63,947 nucleotides of DNA, filler included, from Nitrospinae bacterium RIFCSPLOWO2_12_FULL_45_22 (GCA_001803565.1; 6 parts of 6 records of this genome joined end to end with filler, not necessarily neighbours in it), one strand, 5' to 3'. Numbered from the whole stretch's first letter, positions 1-10,516 are shown. Program-made: numbers and translations. Notes: generated by a model not told the origin, from the letters alone.

Positions 1-614
1 CCCAGATGATCATCTTGCTCAGGCTCGCCCTCCAATTGGCCCTCATAAAAGGGGTAATGCCGGCTAAAGAAATCACCTCTTTGGAGCAAAGTTTATATGC
101 ACTACCAGAAGCAGTTAAGCAGATATTAAATACCTATCCTGGCCTGATAAATAAATTAGCAGTAAAGCACCGGAAGGTAAAGAATTGGCTTTATCTGGGT
201 AGGGGCGTTTATTATCCTATTGCCTTAGAGGCGGCCTTAAAGATGAAAGAAGTGGCCTATCTCCATGCCGAAGGGATGCCCGCGGGCTTCCTCAAGCATG
301 GTACATTGGCCCTGATAGATGAAGAGGTTAATACTATTGGTTTTGTCCCACCTAGAGAAGATGAGGAGCTTTATCATCTCACTATCAGTAGTATGGAGGA
401 AGTAAGGGCCAGGGGAGGCCATATTATAGGTTTACATTTTGAGAAGGGAATTGACTTATTCCAGGATGAACTGATCCTTCCCAAGGTACCATTACTTATT
501 GCCCCCTTCACTCAACTGGTTGCAGCCCAGCTCCTGGCTTATTATACCGCCTCTGCCCTCAAACGGAACATAGATAAACCGCGGTCATTGGCAAAATCCG
601 TCACCGTCGCCTGA
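1..614 (+). CDS. glmS: Glutamine--fructose-6-phosphate aminotransferase, C-terminal SIS domain (5' partial)
   Basis: LGRG..YPIALEAALKMKE.AYLHAEG, LKHG.LALID and terminal DKPRSLAKSVTV motifs. Confidence 0.93.
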   Translation, partial: QMIILLRLALQLALIKGVMPAKEITSLEQSLYALPEAVKQILNTYPGLINKLAVKHRKVKNWLYLGRGVYYPIALEAALKMKEVAYLHAEGMPAGFLKHGTLALIDEEVNTIGFVPPREDEELYHLTISSMEEVRARGGHIIGLHFEKGIDLFQDELILPKVPLLIAPFTQLVAAQLLAYYTASALKRNIDKPRSLAKSVTVA

Positions 615-638
615 ACTGCCCTTTTAAGGAGAAAGATA

Positions 639-1970
639 ATGGAACAGGAGATATTTAAGGCTTATGATATTCGGGGTATTTACCCCGATCAGTTGGACGA
701 TGAAAGTGCTTACCGGATAGGGATAGCCATCGCCGAGTACCTGGGGCTGCAAGAGGTGGTGGTGGGGCGGGATATGAGATTATCCAGCCCAGCCATTCGC
801 GAAAGCCTTGTCCGAGGCATGATAGATAAAGGTGTGAATGTCATTGACGTCGGAAGGGTCTCTACCCCTATGGTCTATTTTGCGGTAGCTAACTATGGCT
901 ATAGTGGCGGTATAATGATCACGGCCTCGCATAATCCCAAAGAATATAATGGCTTCAAGGTCTGTCGAGACCAGGCTATCCCGGTCTTTGGTGAGGAGTT
1001 ACAGAAAATTGGTCAATTAGCTGAAACCATCTCATTCCCTATACCTAGTCAGACAAAAGGAGACATCTCTTTCAAGGAAATACTTTCAGATTACAAAAAC
1101 CATGTACTGAAATTCGCTACTCAGATAAAGCGGTTAAAAGTAATTGTTGATGCAAGTAATGGTATGGCTGGTACTATCTTCCCAGAGGTCTTTTCCGATC
1201 TCGATTTAGAGATAATAGGGCTTTATATGGAACCGGATGGTAATTTCCCTCACCATGAGCCCAACCCCCTAAAGAATGAAAACCTGGTGGACTTACAGAA
1301 AAAGGTTTTAGAAACCAGGGCAGACTTAGGGATAGCTTTTGATGGCGATGCCGATCGGGTTATGTTTGTAGATGAGGAGGGACAGATTATTGGTGCTGAT
1401 CGGATAACGCTCCTTATCGGCTTAGAGTTACTCAAAAATCATCCGGCAGAAGCCATTGTCTATGATGTTCGCTCCAGCCGCATTATTCCAGAAAAGGTAT
1501 CGGAGAGAGGAGGAAAACCGGTCAGGTGCAGGGTGGGCCATGCCTTCATGAAGGAAAGGATGCGGGCCGAGAGGGCCATTTTTGGCGGGGAGCTGGCAGG
1601 TCATTATTATTTCCGGGGTAATTTCTATGCCGATAATGCCGATATTGCAGCGGTCTCTATCCTTAACTTACTCAGCGAGGAAAATAAAGGCCTGGCAAAG
1701 ATACTGGAGCCTTACCAGATCTATTATAGTAGTGGGGAGATAAACAGAGAGGTAAAAGATAAAGAGGCCAAGCTAAAAGAGATGGCTGAGCTTTATAAAG
1801 ACGGTGAGGTATCCTTCCCGGATGGTCTTTTAGTAGAATATCCTGACTGGTGGTTTAACCTGAGACCCTCCAATACGGAGCCACTCTTACGGCTAAATGT
1901 GGAAGCCAGGAGCCAGGCTGCAATGGAGCGACATCGAGACCGGCTACTGTCTCAAATAGACGAGAGATAA
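639..1970 (+). CDS. Phosphomannomutase/phosphoglucomutase
   Basis: IFKAYDIRG start, TASHNP phosphoserine loop, FDGDADR metal loop, RPSNTEP; AAGGAG RBS. Confidence 0.92.
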   Translation: MEQEIFKAYDIRGIYPDQLDDESAYRIGIAIAEYLGLQEVVVGRDMRLSSPAIRESLVRGMIDKGVNVIDVGRVSTPMVYFAVANYGYSGGIMITASHNPKEYNGFKVCRDQAIPVFGEELQKIGQLAETISFPIPSQTKGDISFKEILSDYKNHVLKFATQIKRLKVIVDASNGMAGTIFPEVFSDLDLEIIGLYMEPDGNFPHHEPNPLKNENLVDLQKKVLETRADLGIAFDGDADRVMFVDEEGQIIGADRITLLIGLELLKNHPAEAIVYDVRSSRIIPEKVSERGGKPVRCRVGHAFMKERMRAERAIFGGELAGHYYFRGNFYADNADIAAVSILNLLSEENKGLAKILEPYQIYYSSGEINREVKDKEAKLKEMAELYKDGEVSFPDGLLVEYPDWWFNLRPSNTEPLLRLNVEARSQAAMERHRDRLLSQIDER

Positions 1971-2140
1971 CAGTACAGTCACCAAGACACTAAGTTACTA
2001 AGGAGGAGCAAATGAGAGGTGAAGAGTCAAGCAAGCTCGACCACAACAAACTGGGTTTTAGGCTGTAGTAGCAGAGCTTGCTCTGCTTCATACATCGGGC
2101 AAGAGTACCTTGCCCTTTGGTGTCTTCGTGCCTTAGTGGC
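1968..2140. repeat. Composite intergenic inverted-repeat element containing a REP-like pair
   Basis: CACCAAGACACTAAG...TGTCTTCGTGCCTTAGTGGC arms; internal GTAG-type units at 2026-2048 and 2064-2086; ACTAAGGAGGAGCAAATGAGAGGT recurs inverted near 33700-33723. Confidence 0.7.
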
Positions 2141-2200
2141 TGATAAAAGAGAATCTATGCTATCTGGGAAATCTGTGGTTCCATTAGAAGTCGTTCACTA

Positions 2201-4330
2201 ATGATTCATAACCCAATCTCAGAGTCGCTAGCATTACCCAAAAGACTGCAGGGTACCGATGGGGTTCGGGGGGTAGCCTGCCCCGCTGATCATCCTTCTG
2301 TCGCTGGGCTCACACCAGTAGATGCCTTTCTCAAAAAAGGAATACTGACCGAAGAGTTTGTTGAACTGTACTGCTTTTGCTATGTAAAGTTACTGGAGCA
2401 AGAGTCGGTCTGGCAGCCTGGTCAGGAGATCGTTATTGGTTGGGACCCAAGAGATGACCAGGGTATCTATCATCAGGCGGCTATTAGAGGTGTCTGTAAG
2501 GCCGGCGCAAAGGCGGTAGCAATAGGGATATTGCCTACCCCGGCAGTACCGCTCTACTTGCTTCATCAAGAGGCCAGAGGGGGTATAATGATTACTGCCT
2601 CCCATAACCCGCCGGACCAGAATGGGATCAAGCTATTCAGTAAGACCCTGGGCTTAAAGCCACTGCCAGCCGATGATCAGCAGCTAACCTCCTTAATATA
2701 CCAAACCCCCTACTGGCAAGCCTATCAGTGTCCCTTAGAAGGATCTTATGAAGATGGGCATGATCAAGCCCTTGGAGTCTTCCTGAAATTCTTTGAGATT
2801 TCCAGCAATACCTGGCTAGAAAAAAAAGACCTCCTGCGCCACCTGATACTGATTATAGACCCCGCATATGGTTGCTGTCGAGGGTTGGCTAGTAAGGTCT
2901 TTAATCAATTAGGGGTAAAAGAGGTTATTGAGGTAAATAATGATCCTCGAGGACAGGTGAATGTAAACTCTGGTGTAGCTGGCTTAGAAGGGGCCAGAGA
3001 AATAGATAGCCAGTTACAGAGCGATTCTGGTCATATTTTTCAAGATTACAAGGTTGTCCAGACTATGTTTGAGATAGGCAGAAAATACCATGATAGTATT
3101 ATCCGGGGCAATATATGGGTAGCCGGAGCAGTCTTCGATGCCGATGGAGATCGGTTTTACCGGTTAGATTATGACCCACTCAGGGATAGGATCATAATCT
3201 TATCGGGTGATGAGATTGCCTATCATCAAGCGAAATACTTGATAAACCGCTTCCCGAAAGAATTATTAGGCGCCCCTTATGTGAATACAGTTGAGAGCGA
3301 CCTGAACTCCTCTCTGGCTGCCGCTGAGTTGGGCTACTGTCCAATAATCGAAGCCGTGGGTGACAAATGGCTCCTGGTACAGGGCGCTCTCAACTGGTTA
3401 GAGGCACGGTTGGACCATGATGGTAAAAAACACCTGGGAGAGCTGAAGCAGAAAGGGGTTTCTGCTATAGCTGAGATCGAAGACCTCTTTAGAAGTTCAA
3501 AGTCCAAAGCTCAAAGTTCAAAGTCTAAAGATCAAACCCCTGCTCTATGCCGCTATGAACCAGAGAGTTATCCAACTGGCCAAAGATTTAGGATAATTAA
3601 GGGCTACAGCATAGGCAGTGAAACCTCGGGCCATACCATAACCCCGGGGTTGCTTAATACCAATGCAGATATTACCATACCCGTATTTATTGGTAATGCC
3701 CTGAAGAGTGCGGTCAATACCTTTGTCGCTACTGAATCCCTTTATCACCGCTCAGATATTGCCAGGTATATTGATCAAGTTCATATGCCTTTCCCGCGCG
3801 GTTTTCAAAAATCCCTCCCGGTATATTATACCGATAAAACCAGGTTTTATAATGGCTCTCCCCTCTGGCACCAATTAGAAGCAACCATAAAAGAAGACAG
3901 GTCAGGCTTATGGGTAAAAAGGGTATACCCCCAGGAACGGGATATGTTATACTTAACCTTTAATGATCACGAAGGAGGACAGAAAGGAGCCCTCTTTATC
4001 CGTAATTCCGGCACTGAAGATAAGACTGTGGTCAATCTGAGGGGTTCCAGGAAAGACGGTGACAAGTTGTTGGCCGTGGGCCAGACCGTTCTAAAGTTGC
4101 TCTTCCAAGATCTTAAAGACCAAAACCATAACTATGCCCAGGCCGAAACACAAATCTTAAAGACCTTGACCGAAAGGGGGCCCTGCACCCCAGATGATCT
4201 GCTATCTTTGGTTCCCGGAATTAACTGGGACCGGCTCTTTAACGAACTAAGTAAACAAAGATTAATAGAATATAGGGATGGTCGGGTTTGCTTAACTTCT
4301 CTGGGCTCCTGGTATATCAAAAAAAGCTAA
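2201..4330 (+). CDS. Long alpha-D-phosphohexomutase (GlmM/PMM-like) with extra C-terminal region
   Basis: GTDGVRG, TASHNP, FDADGDR, VGDK, GSETSGH, RNSGTE motifs. Confidence 0.8.
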   Translation: MIHNPISESLALPKRLQGTDGVRGVACPADHPSVAGLTPVDAFLKKGILTEEFVELYCFCYVKLLEQESVWQPGQEIVIGWDPRDDQGIYHQAAIRGVCKAGAKAVAIGILPTPAVPLYLLHQEARGGIMITASHNPPDQNGIKLFSKTLGLKPLPADDQQLTSLIYQTPYWQAYQCPLEGSYEDGHDQALGVFLKFFEISSNTWLEKKDLLRHLILIIDPAYGCCRGLASKVFNQLGVKEVIEVNNDPRGQVNVNSGVAGLEGAREIDSQLQSDSGHIFQDYKVVQTMFEIGRKYHDSIIRGNIWVAGAVFDADGDRFYRLDYDPLRDRIIILSGDEIAYHQAKYLINRFPKELLGAPYVNTVESDLNSSLAAAELGYCPIIEAVGDKWLLVQGALNWLEARLDHDGKKHLGELKQKGVSAIAEIEDLFRSSKSKAQSSKSKDQTPALCRYEPESYPTGQRFRIIKGYSIGSETSGHTITPGLLNTNADITIPVFIGNALKSAVNTFVATESLYHRSDIARYIDQVHMPFPRGFQKSLPVYYTDKTRFYNGSPLWHQLEATIKEDRSGLWVKRVYPQERDMLYLTFNDHEGGQKGALFIRNSGTEDKTVVNLRGSRKDGDKLLAVGQTVLKLLFQDLKDQNHNYAQAETQILKTLTERGPCTPDDLLSLVPGINWDRLFNELSKQRLIEYRDGRVCLTSLGSWYIKKS

Positions 4331-4447
4331 AAGTGAAAAACGCAAAGTGAAAAGCTGGGAAATAATTACTTAGTTTTGCGCCTTTCGCTTTAAGCGTTGC
4401 GTCTCTACAGTTATGAATAATTCTTGATAAAACCTAAGCCGGCATAA

Positions 4448-5278
4448 GTGGGGATTATATCTGTGGTACCATTAGAGGATTTTTGGGGTCACTTAGATAG
4501 CTTTACCCATAAAGGGCTATTTGCTGATATTCAATTCCCCTGGGAAGCAGTAGCCCGGATCAGGATTTATATTGAGCAGTTCCTGGCCTCTCTAGGCAAA
4601 GGGTCTCCCTATGACTTACGGCGTCTACCAGGGGTTTCCCTGCAACAGGTTTTAGATGGAGAAGGGAATATTAAAGAAAGGATGTTAGTTACCCAGGCAT
4701 GTATCCAGGAAAACCACGATATTTATCTGGAAGACCTGGGCATCTATATCGGAAAATACACTGTTATCGAACCTGGTGTTATTATCAAATCCCGGGCTAT
4801 TATTGGTGAAAATAGTGAAATTCGCCAGGGAGCTTATCTCAGGGGAGGAGTAATTATCGGTAATTACTGCGTTGTGGGCCATACTACCGAGGTAAAGAAC
4901 TCTGCTTTCTTAGATGGTTCGGAAGCGGGGCATTTTGCCTATATCGGCGATAGCATCTTGGGCAACCATGTCAACCTGGGCGCAGGCACTAAACTAGCCA
5001 ACCTGCAGTTCAGGACCCCTCAAGAAAGGAATACCGGTACTATTAATCCCATCAAAATAACTATCGGAGAGGAAAGATACGATACTAAATTAACCAAACT
5101 GGGGGCTATCCTGGGCGATAATGGGGAGACCGGGTGTAATACGGTCACCTCACCCGGCACCCTGATAGGACGTAACTCCTGGGTTTATCCCAATACCACC
5201 GTGCGGAAAGGCCTTTATCCACCACACTCCATCATCCGCCCTAAAGATAATGAATTAAAGATAGGAGTAATGGAGTAG
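4448..5278 (+). CDS. Left-handed beta-helix acetyltransferase related to the C-terminal domain of GlmU-like proteins
   Basis: Hexapeptide repeats; HFAYIGDSILG..VNLGAGT..ANL; KLGAILGD; glmS operon context. Confidence 0.75.
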   Translation: MGIISVVPLEDFWGHLDSFTHKGLFADIQFPWEAVARIRIYIEQFLASLGKGSPYDLRRLPGVSLQQVLDGEGNIKERMLVTQACIQENHDIYLEDLGIYIGKYTVIEPGVIIKSRAIIGENSEIRQGAYLRGGVIIGNYCVVGHTTEVKNSAFLDGSEAGHFAYIGDSILGNHVNLGAGTKLANLQFRTPQERNTGTINPIKITIGEERYDTKLTKLGAILGDNGETGCNTVTSPGTLIGRNSWVYPNTTVRKGLYPPHSIIRPKDNELKIGVME

Positions 5279-5295
5279 ACTTATAGGAAGTAATT

Positions 5296-6411
5296 ATGAT
5301 AGAAGAATTCGAAGCCCAATATAATAATAGGTATCAGATATTAAAGGGTCTAAAGGCCCAGGGTAAAAGATTAATAGGCTGGGTCTGTACCTATGTCCCG
5401 GAAGAGATCATCCATGCTGCCGGTATGCACCCTTTCCGGATTGTAGGCCGGGAGAGTGATACACCTTTGGCCAATGCCTATCTTTATTCCAATATTTGCT
5501 CCTTCACCAGAAGTTGCCTGGAGGAAGGCTTAAACCGCAATCTATCCTTTATGGACGGTTTGGTAACCACCAATACTTGCGACCATATCCGACGGCTCTA
5601 TGATGTCTGGTTCAAATATATTGACACCCCTTATAAGAAGATTCTCGCCCAGCCCTGTACTACTTCTCAGAGTTGTCTCAGTTATTTCAAACAGGAGTTC
5701 ATACAGTTTAGAGAAGAGCTACAAAGGCACTTTCAGGTAGAGATTACTGATACTGCCTTAAAAGAATCTATAAAGCTGTTTAACCATATGAGAAGCTTAT
5801 TAAAAAGGCTCTATCTCTTGAGGAAACTCGACCCGCCACCCATCTCTGGGGAAGAGGTATGCCAGGTAGTCATGGCGGGGATGGTTTTACCTAAAGAGGG
5901 ATATATTACGCTGCTAGAATCCTTATTGAAACGACTAGAAAGCAGGCAACCTCGGTCGCCAAAGAATGGCCAACCCAGGCTGATGGTTATTGGCAGTGAG
6001 CTAGATAATCCTATATACATTAAGATTATAGAAGACTCTGGCACTTTAGTAGTGGCTGATGACCTTTGCTGCGGCAGTCGGTATTTCTGGGACCTGGTGG
6101 AAGAAGATAAGGACCCTATAGAGGCCCTGGCAGGAAGGTACCTCACTAAAATGCCCTGTGCCCGCATGCATCCCTCCTCCAGCCGTGTACTACTCTTGAA
6201 AACCCTGGCCCAAGAATTCAACGTAGAAGGCGTCATTTATCAATCTATAAAATTCTGTGATCTGCATGCCGGCATATTTCCCGTCATAAAAGCCGGTTTT
6301 GATGACCTGGGTATCCCAGTCCTTAAACTAGAGCGGGAATATCTGTTAGCCGGCGCAGGTCAAACCAAGACCCGCATCCAGGCCTTCTTGGAAATGCTCA
6401 AAGAACAATAG
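5296..6411 (+). CDS. 2-hydroxyacyl-CoA dehydratase family subunit (HgdB/FldC-like)
   Basis: CTYVPEEII.AAG, NICSF, TCD, DDLC.GSR, KFCD, TRIQAFLEML. Confidence 0.88.
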   Translation: MIEEFEAQYNNRYQILKGLKAQGKRLIGWVCTYVPEEIIHAAGMHPFRIVGRESDTPLANAYLYSNICSFTRSCLEEGLNRNLSFMDGLVTTNTCDHIRRLYDVWFKYIDTPYKKILAQPCTTSQSCLSYFKQEFIQFREELQRHFQVEITDTALKESIKLFNHMRSLLKRLYLLRKLDPPPISGEEVCQVVMAGMVLPKEGYITLLESLLKRLESRQPRSPKNGQPRLMVIGSELDNPIYIKIIEDSGTLVVADDLCCGSRYFWDLVEEDKDPIEALAGRYLTKMPCARMHPSSSRVLLLKTLAQEFNVEGVIYQSIKFCDLHAGIFPVIKAGFDDLGIPVLKLEREYLLAGAGQTKTRIQAFLEMLKEQ

Positions 6412-6490
6412 TGGGAAAAGATTTGACCTTCCTTAAACTTAACCACGAATGACACGAAGTAACGAATTACACGAATAGCTCTTATCCCTG

Positions 6491-8386
6491 ATGAAGAAAG
6501 CGATATCTATCTTATTGTGGGGGTTCTTATCTGTTTTAGGGGCTATTGCTTTTATCTTTATTACCCAGATGTTCTATCCGGGCGAGCGGGTCAACGCCCT
6601 CTGGCTCGTGATAGCTGCCGTCTGCTTTTATCTTATTGCCTATCGCCTATATGCCTCATTTTTGGCGGTAAAAGTCTTTGCGTTAGACGATACGAACATT
6701 ACACCAGCTTACCGGCTAGCAGACAGTAAGGACTATTGCCCTACTAACAAATGGGTCTTATTCGGCCATCATTTTGCTGCCATTGCCGGTGCCGGGCCCC
6801 TGATAGGGCCGGTCTTAGCAGCCCAGTTCGGTTATTTGCCGGGGGCCTTGTGGCTCCTTATTGGTGCAGTATTTGCTGGTGGTGTACATGATTTTATTAT
6901 CCTGATGGCCTCGGTGCGGCGAAATGGCCTCTCCTTAGCAGAGATTGCCCGCAGGGAGGTAGGGCTCGTGAGTGGTATTGCTGCGGCCCTATGCATCCTT
7001 TTCATCATTATTGTGGCTTTGGCTGGATTGGGCTTAGTGGTAATAAATGCCTTGACCCATAGCCCCTGGGGTACCTTCTCTATCGGTATGACTATCCCGA
7101 TTGCTTTACTGATAGGATTCTATCTCCATTCCTTTAGGCCGGGCAAAGTAGCAGAAGTTTCTATCCTGGGGGTATCCCTCCTCTTGCTGGCAGTGATCTT
7201 TGGTGGCCGCATCCCTGGTTCCTGGCTCCATCCCTTTTTTGACCTGGATCGCAATATCTTGATCATCCTGATGGCTATCTATGGTTTTTTTGCGTCGGTC
7301 TTGCCCGTCTGGATGCTGTTGGCCCCCAGGGACTATCTGAGTACCTATATGAAGATCGGTACCGTCTTCCTCTTGGCCCTCGGGGTAATGATCATAGCCC
7401 CAACTATACAGATGCCGGCTACTACAGCCTTTGTTGACGGTGGAGGGCCAGTAATCCCAGGCGCCTTATTCCCTTTTATGTTTATAACTATCGCCTGTGG
7501 TGCCGTTTCAGGGTTCCATTCCCTAATAGCTTCCGGCACCACCCCCAAGATGATCGAGAAAGAATCCCATATGAAACTGATAGGGTTTGGGGCTATGCTG
7601 ACCGAGGGTTTTGTAGGTATCATTGCCCTTATTGCCGCTACTATCCTTATCCCAGGTGATTATTTTAGCATTAATACCCACCTCAGCCCTGAGCTGTTAG
7701 CTAAGCTAGGTTTTCCGGTTGGGCGGATAAAAGAGCTTTCTCAACTATTAGGTATAGAGGTAACGGGCCGGCCCGGTGGCGCCGTTTCTCTGGCAGTGGG
7801 GATGGCCTCGATCTTCTCCTCGTTGCCAGGTATGAAACATTTGTTGCCTTATTGGTATAATTTTGCTATCATGTTTGAGGCCCTATTCATACTTACTACT
7901 ATTGATGCCGGTACACGGGTGGCCCGCTTTATCTTACAAGAAATCGGGGGTTATGCCTACAAACCCCTGGGGAGAACCAACTGGCTCCCTGGGACCCTAC
8001 TTACCAGTGCTGTGGTAGTAAGTGCCTGGGGCTATCTGATTTATTCTGGGAGTATAGCTACTATCTGGCCCATGTTTGGGGTCGCTAACCAGCTCCTGGC
8101 AGCCTTTGCCTTGAGTGTAGGAACCACGGTTCTCATAAAGATGGGGAAGGTCCGCTACATCTGGGCCACTTTAGTCCCTATGGCTTTCATGGTAGCTGTT
8201 ACTTTGACAGCGTCCTGGAAACTTTTCTTTAGCTATCTGGATAATACTAGCAAGTCCTTTAGCTTCACTATTGATGCCATGTTAGTGGCTTTGATGGCGT
8301 CTTTAGTAATAGTGATCTTGTTGGACTCCGGTTGGAAGTGGTTGAAGAGCGCCGTAAGTGGTGAGGCAGTAAGTTGTTCCCATTGA
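6491..8386 (+). CDS. cstA: Carbon starvation protein A (peptide/pyruvate transporter)
   Basis: LFGHHFAAIAGAGPLIGP, ACGAVSGFH, TTIDAGTR, WPMFG.ANQL. Confidence 0.95.
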   Translation: MKKAISILLWGFLSVLGAIAFIFITQMFYPGERVNALWLVIAAVCFYLIAYRLYASFLAVKVFALDDTNITPAYRLADSKDYCPTNKWVLFGHHFAAIAGAGPLIGPVLAAQFGYLPGALWLLIGAVFAGGVHDFIILMASVRRNGLSLAEIARREVGLVSGIAAALCILFIIIVALAGLGLVVINALTHSPWGTFSIGMTIPIALLIGFYLHSFRPGKVAEVSILGVSLLLLAVIFGGRIPGSWLHPFFDLDRNILIILMAIYGFFASVLPVWMLLAPRDYLSTYMKIGTVFLLALGVMIIAPTIQMPATTAFVDGGGPVIPGALFPFMFITIACGAVSGFHSLIASGTTPKMIEKESHMKLIGFGAMLTEGFVGIIALIAATILIPGDYFSINTHLSPELLAKLGFPVGRIKELSQLLGIEVTGRPGGAVSLAVGMASIFSSLPGMKHLLPYWYNFAIMFEALFILTTIDAGTRVARFILQEIGGYAYKPLGRTNWLPGTLLTSAVVVSAWGYLIYSGSIATIWPMFGVANQLLAAFALSVGTTVLIKMGKVRYIWATLVPMAFMVAVTLTASWKLFFSYLDNTSKSFSFTIDAMLVALMASLVIVILLDSGWKWLKSAVSGEAVSCSH

Positions 8387-8426
8387 ATCTTGTGTGGTTC
8401 AAGTTAGAAAGGGAGGGAGGAGTGGT

Positions 8427-10502
8427 ATGATATTTTTGATTCTGGTTATAAGTTTGCTGGCCCTGGCCTTTTCCGGTTACCTGGCAAGATATGTCCTGAG
8501 CCAGGATAGAGGAACTGTGGCTATGCAGCAGATCTCAGATGCCATAAGGGAGGGGGCAGAGGCATTCTTAAAGAGGCAATATAAGACCATTGCCATATTC
8601 AGTATTATACTGGCTGCACTCATTTTTATCCTTTATTGGGTGGTCAGAGGCGAGCCAGGGGTGGCCTGGAGGACCACAGTGGCCTTCTTACTCGGTGCAG
8701 GCTGTTCAGCCCTGGCGGGCTATATCGGCATGTATATCTCTATCCGGGCTAATATCCGCACTGCCAGCGCCGTATGCAACAGCTTGAATCATGCCTTGAC
8801 TATAGCCTTACGGGGGGGAGCCGTCTCTGGCCTTACAGTAGTAGCTATGAGCCTATTAGGGGTAGGGGGGATCTTTTTGCTCTATGGTGGGATAAGTAGT
8901 GACCCGGAGGTAGTTAAGCGGGTCCCCTTCCTGATCGTAGGGTATGGCTTTGGGGCAAGCTTTGTCGCCCTCTTTGCCCAATTGGGTGGTGGTATCTATA
9001 CCAAGGCGGCCGATGTAGGGGCCGATTTAGTAGGGAAAGTAGAGGCCGGTATCCCAGAGGATGACCCCCGCAACCCGGCAGTAATAGCCGACTTAGTGGG
9101 AGACAATGTAGGGGATTGTGCGGGCCGTGGGGCAGACCTGTTTGAGTCTACCGCCGCAGAGAACATCGGGGCCATGATCCTGGGTGTGGCGTTGTACCAG
9201 GAGTTTGGGATAAATGGTATCCTGTTCCCCCTGCTGGCCCGGGCCTTTGGCCTAATTGCCACCATGATAGGGATTATGTTTGTCAGGACCAGAGAGGATG
9301 GCGACCCCATGGCGGCCTTGAACCGGGGTTATTATGTAACCTGCCTCCTGGCTACCGTGGGGTTCTACCTGGCTACTTATCTGATGCTCAATAATAATCC
9401 CTGGTTTTTTGCTGCCGGGGTGATCGGTATCGTAACCAGCATCCTGTTTGTCTATATAACTCAGTATTATACCGAATATAAATTCCGGCCAGTAAGGTCT
9501 ATTGCCCAGGCCTCCCTTACCGGTCCGGCCACCAATATTATCACGGGCCTCTCAGTATCCCTGGAGTGTACCGCCTTACCAGTAATAGTTATCTCAGCCG
9601 CCCTTGTTGGGTCATATTATTGTGGCGCCATGGGTATACCCGGTGGTGGGCTCTATGGCACGGCGGTAGCCACCATGGGTATGCTGGCTACCTGTGCCTA
9701 TATCCTGGCGATGGATACCTTTGGTCCCATCACCGACAATGCCGGTGGTATCATTGAGATGTCACACCAGCCCGATGAGGTAAGGGTAAAGACCGATAGA
9801 CTGGATGCCGTGGGTAATACTACCAAGGCCCTGACCAAGGGCTATGCCATTGGCAGTGCGGCCCTGGCGGCCTTTCTCCTGTTCTCTGCCTATCTGGATG
9901 AAGTACAACATCTTACCGGTAGACCCTTCCACACAGTTGATATTGCCAAGATAGAGGTCTTTGTTGGCGCCCTCCTGGGGGTCATGCTGATCTTCCTGTT
10001 TAGTGGCCTGGCTATCAGGGCCGTGGGCCGGGCGGCCTATTATGTGATCAATGATGTACGGGCTCAATTTCAGGAAAACCCCGGTATCCTGGCAGGCAAC
10101 TGCAAGCCCGATTATGCCCGTTGCGTAGACATTGTTACCAAAGGGGCCTTAAAAGAGATGGTAGCACCGGGCTTGCTGGCAGTAGGGATGCCTATAGCAG
10201 TAGGGATGTTTTTCAAGAACTTTGGCATCGGAGCCGAGACCGTAGCTGCCTTCCTGATGGTGGGGACCATAGGCGGTGTGGTGCTGGCCATCTCCATGAA
10301 TAATGGAGGTGGGGCCTGGGATAATGCCAAGAAGTATATCGAGGCGGGCATGTGTGGTGGTAAAGGCTCAGAGGCCCATAAGGCCGGTGTAGTAGGCGAT
10401 ACCGTAGGAGACCCCTTGAAAGACACGGCTGGCCCCTCTATCCATGTCCTGATAAAACTCCTCAGTACCATCACCCTGGTCATGGCCCCCCTATTTATTT
10501 GA
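8427..10502 (+). CDS. hppA: Membrane-bound pyrophosphatase, K+-independent H+-pumping type
   Basis: DVGADLVGKVE, DNVGDC, GNTTKA, DTVGDPLKD; ATG 8427 follows GGAGG. Confidence 0.93.
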   Translation: MIFLILVISLLALAFSGYLARYVLSQDRGTVAMQQISDAIREGAEAFLKRQYKTIAIFSIILAALIFILYWVVRGEPGVAWRTTVAFLLGAGCSALAGYIGMYISIRANIRTASAVCNSLNHALTIALRGGAVSGLTVVAMSLLGVGGIFLLYGGISSDPEVVKRVPFLIVGYGFGASFVALFAQLGGGIYTKAADVGADLVGKVEAGIPEDDPRNPAVIADLVGDNVGDCAGRGADLFESTAAENIGAMILGVALYQEFGINGILFPLLARAFGLIATMIGIMFVRTREDGDPMAALNRGYYVTCLLATVGFYLATYLMLNNNPWFFAAGVIGIVTSILFVYITQYYTEYKFRPVRSIAQASLTGPATNIITGLSVSLECTALPVIVISAALVGSYYCGAMGIPGGGLYGTAVATMGMLATCAYILAMDTFGPITDNAGGIIEMSHQPDEVRVKTDRLDAVGNTTKALTKGYAIGSAALAAFLLFSAYLDEVQHLTGRPFHTVDIAKIEVFVGALLGVMLIFLFSGLAIRAVGRAAYYVINDVRAQFQENPGILAGNCKPDYARCVDIVTKGALKEMVAPGLLAVGMPIAVGMFFKNFGIGAETVAAFLMVGTIGGVVLAISMNNGGGAWDNAKKYIEAGMCGGKGSEAHKAGVVGDTVGDPLKDTAGPSIHVLIKLLSTITLVMAPLFI

Positions 10503-10516
10503 GGGGTAGACCAGGA

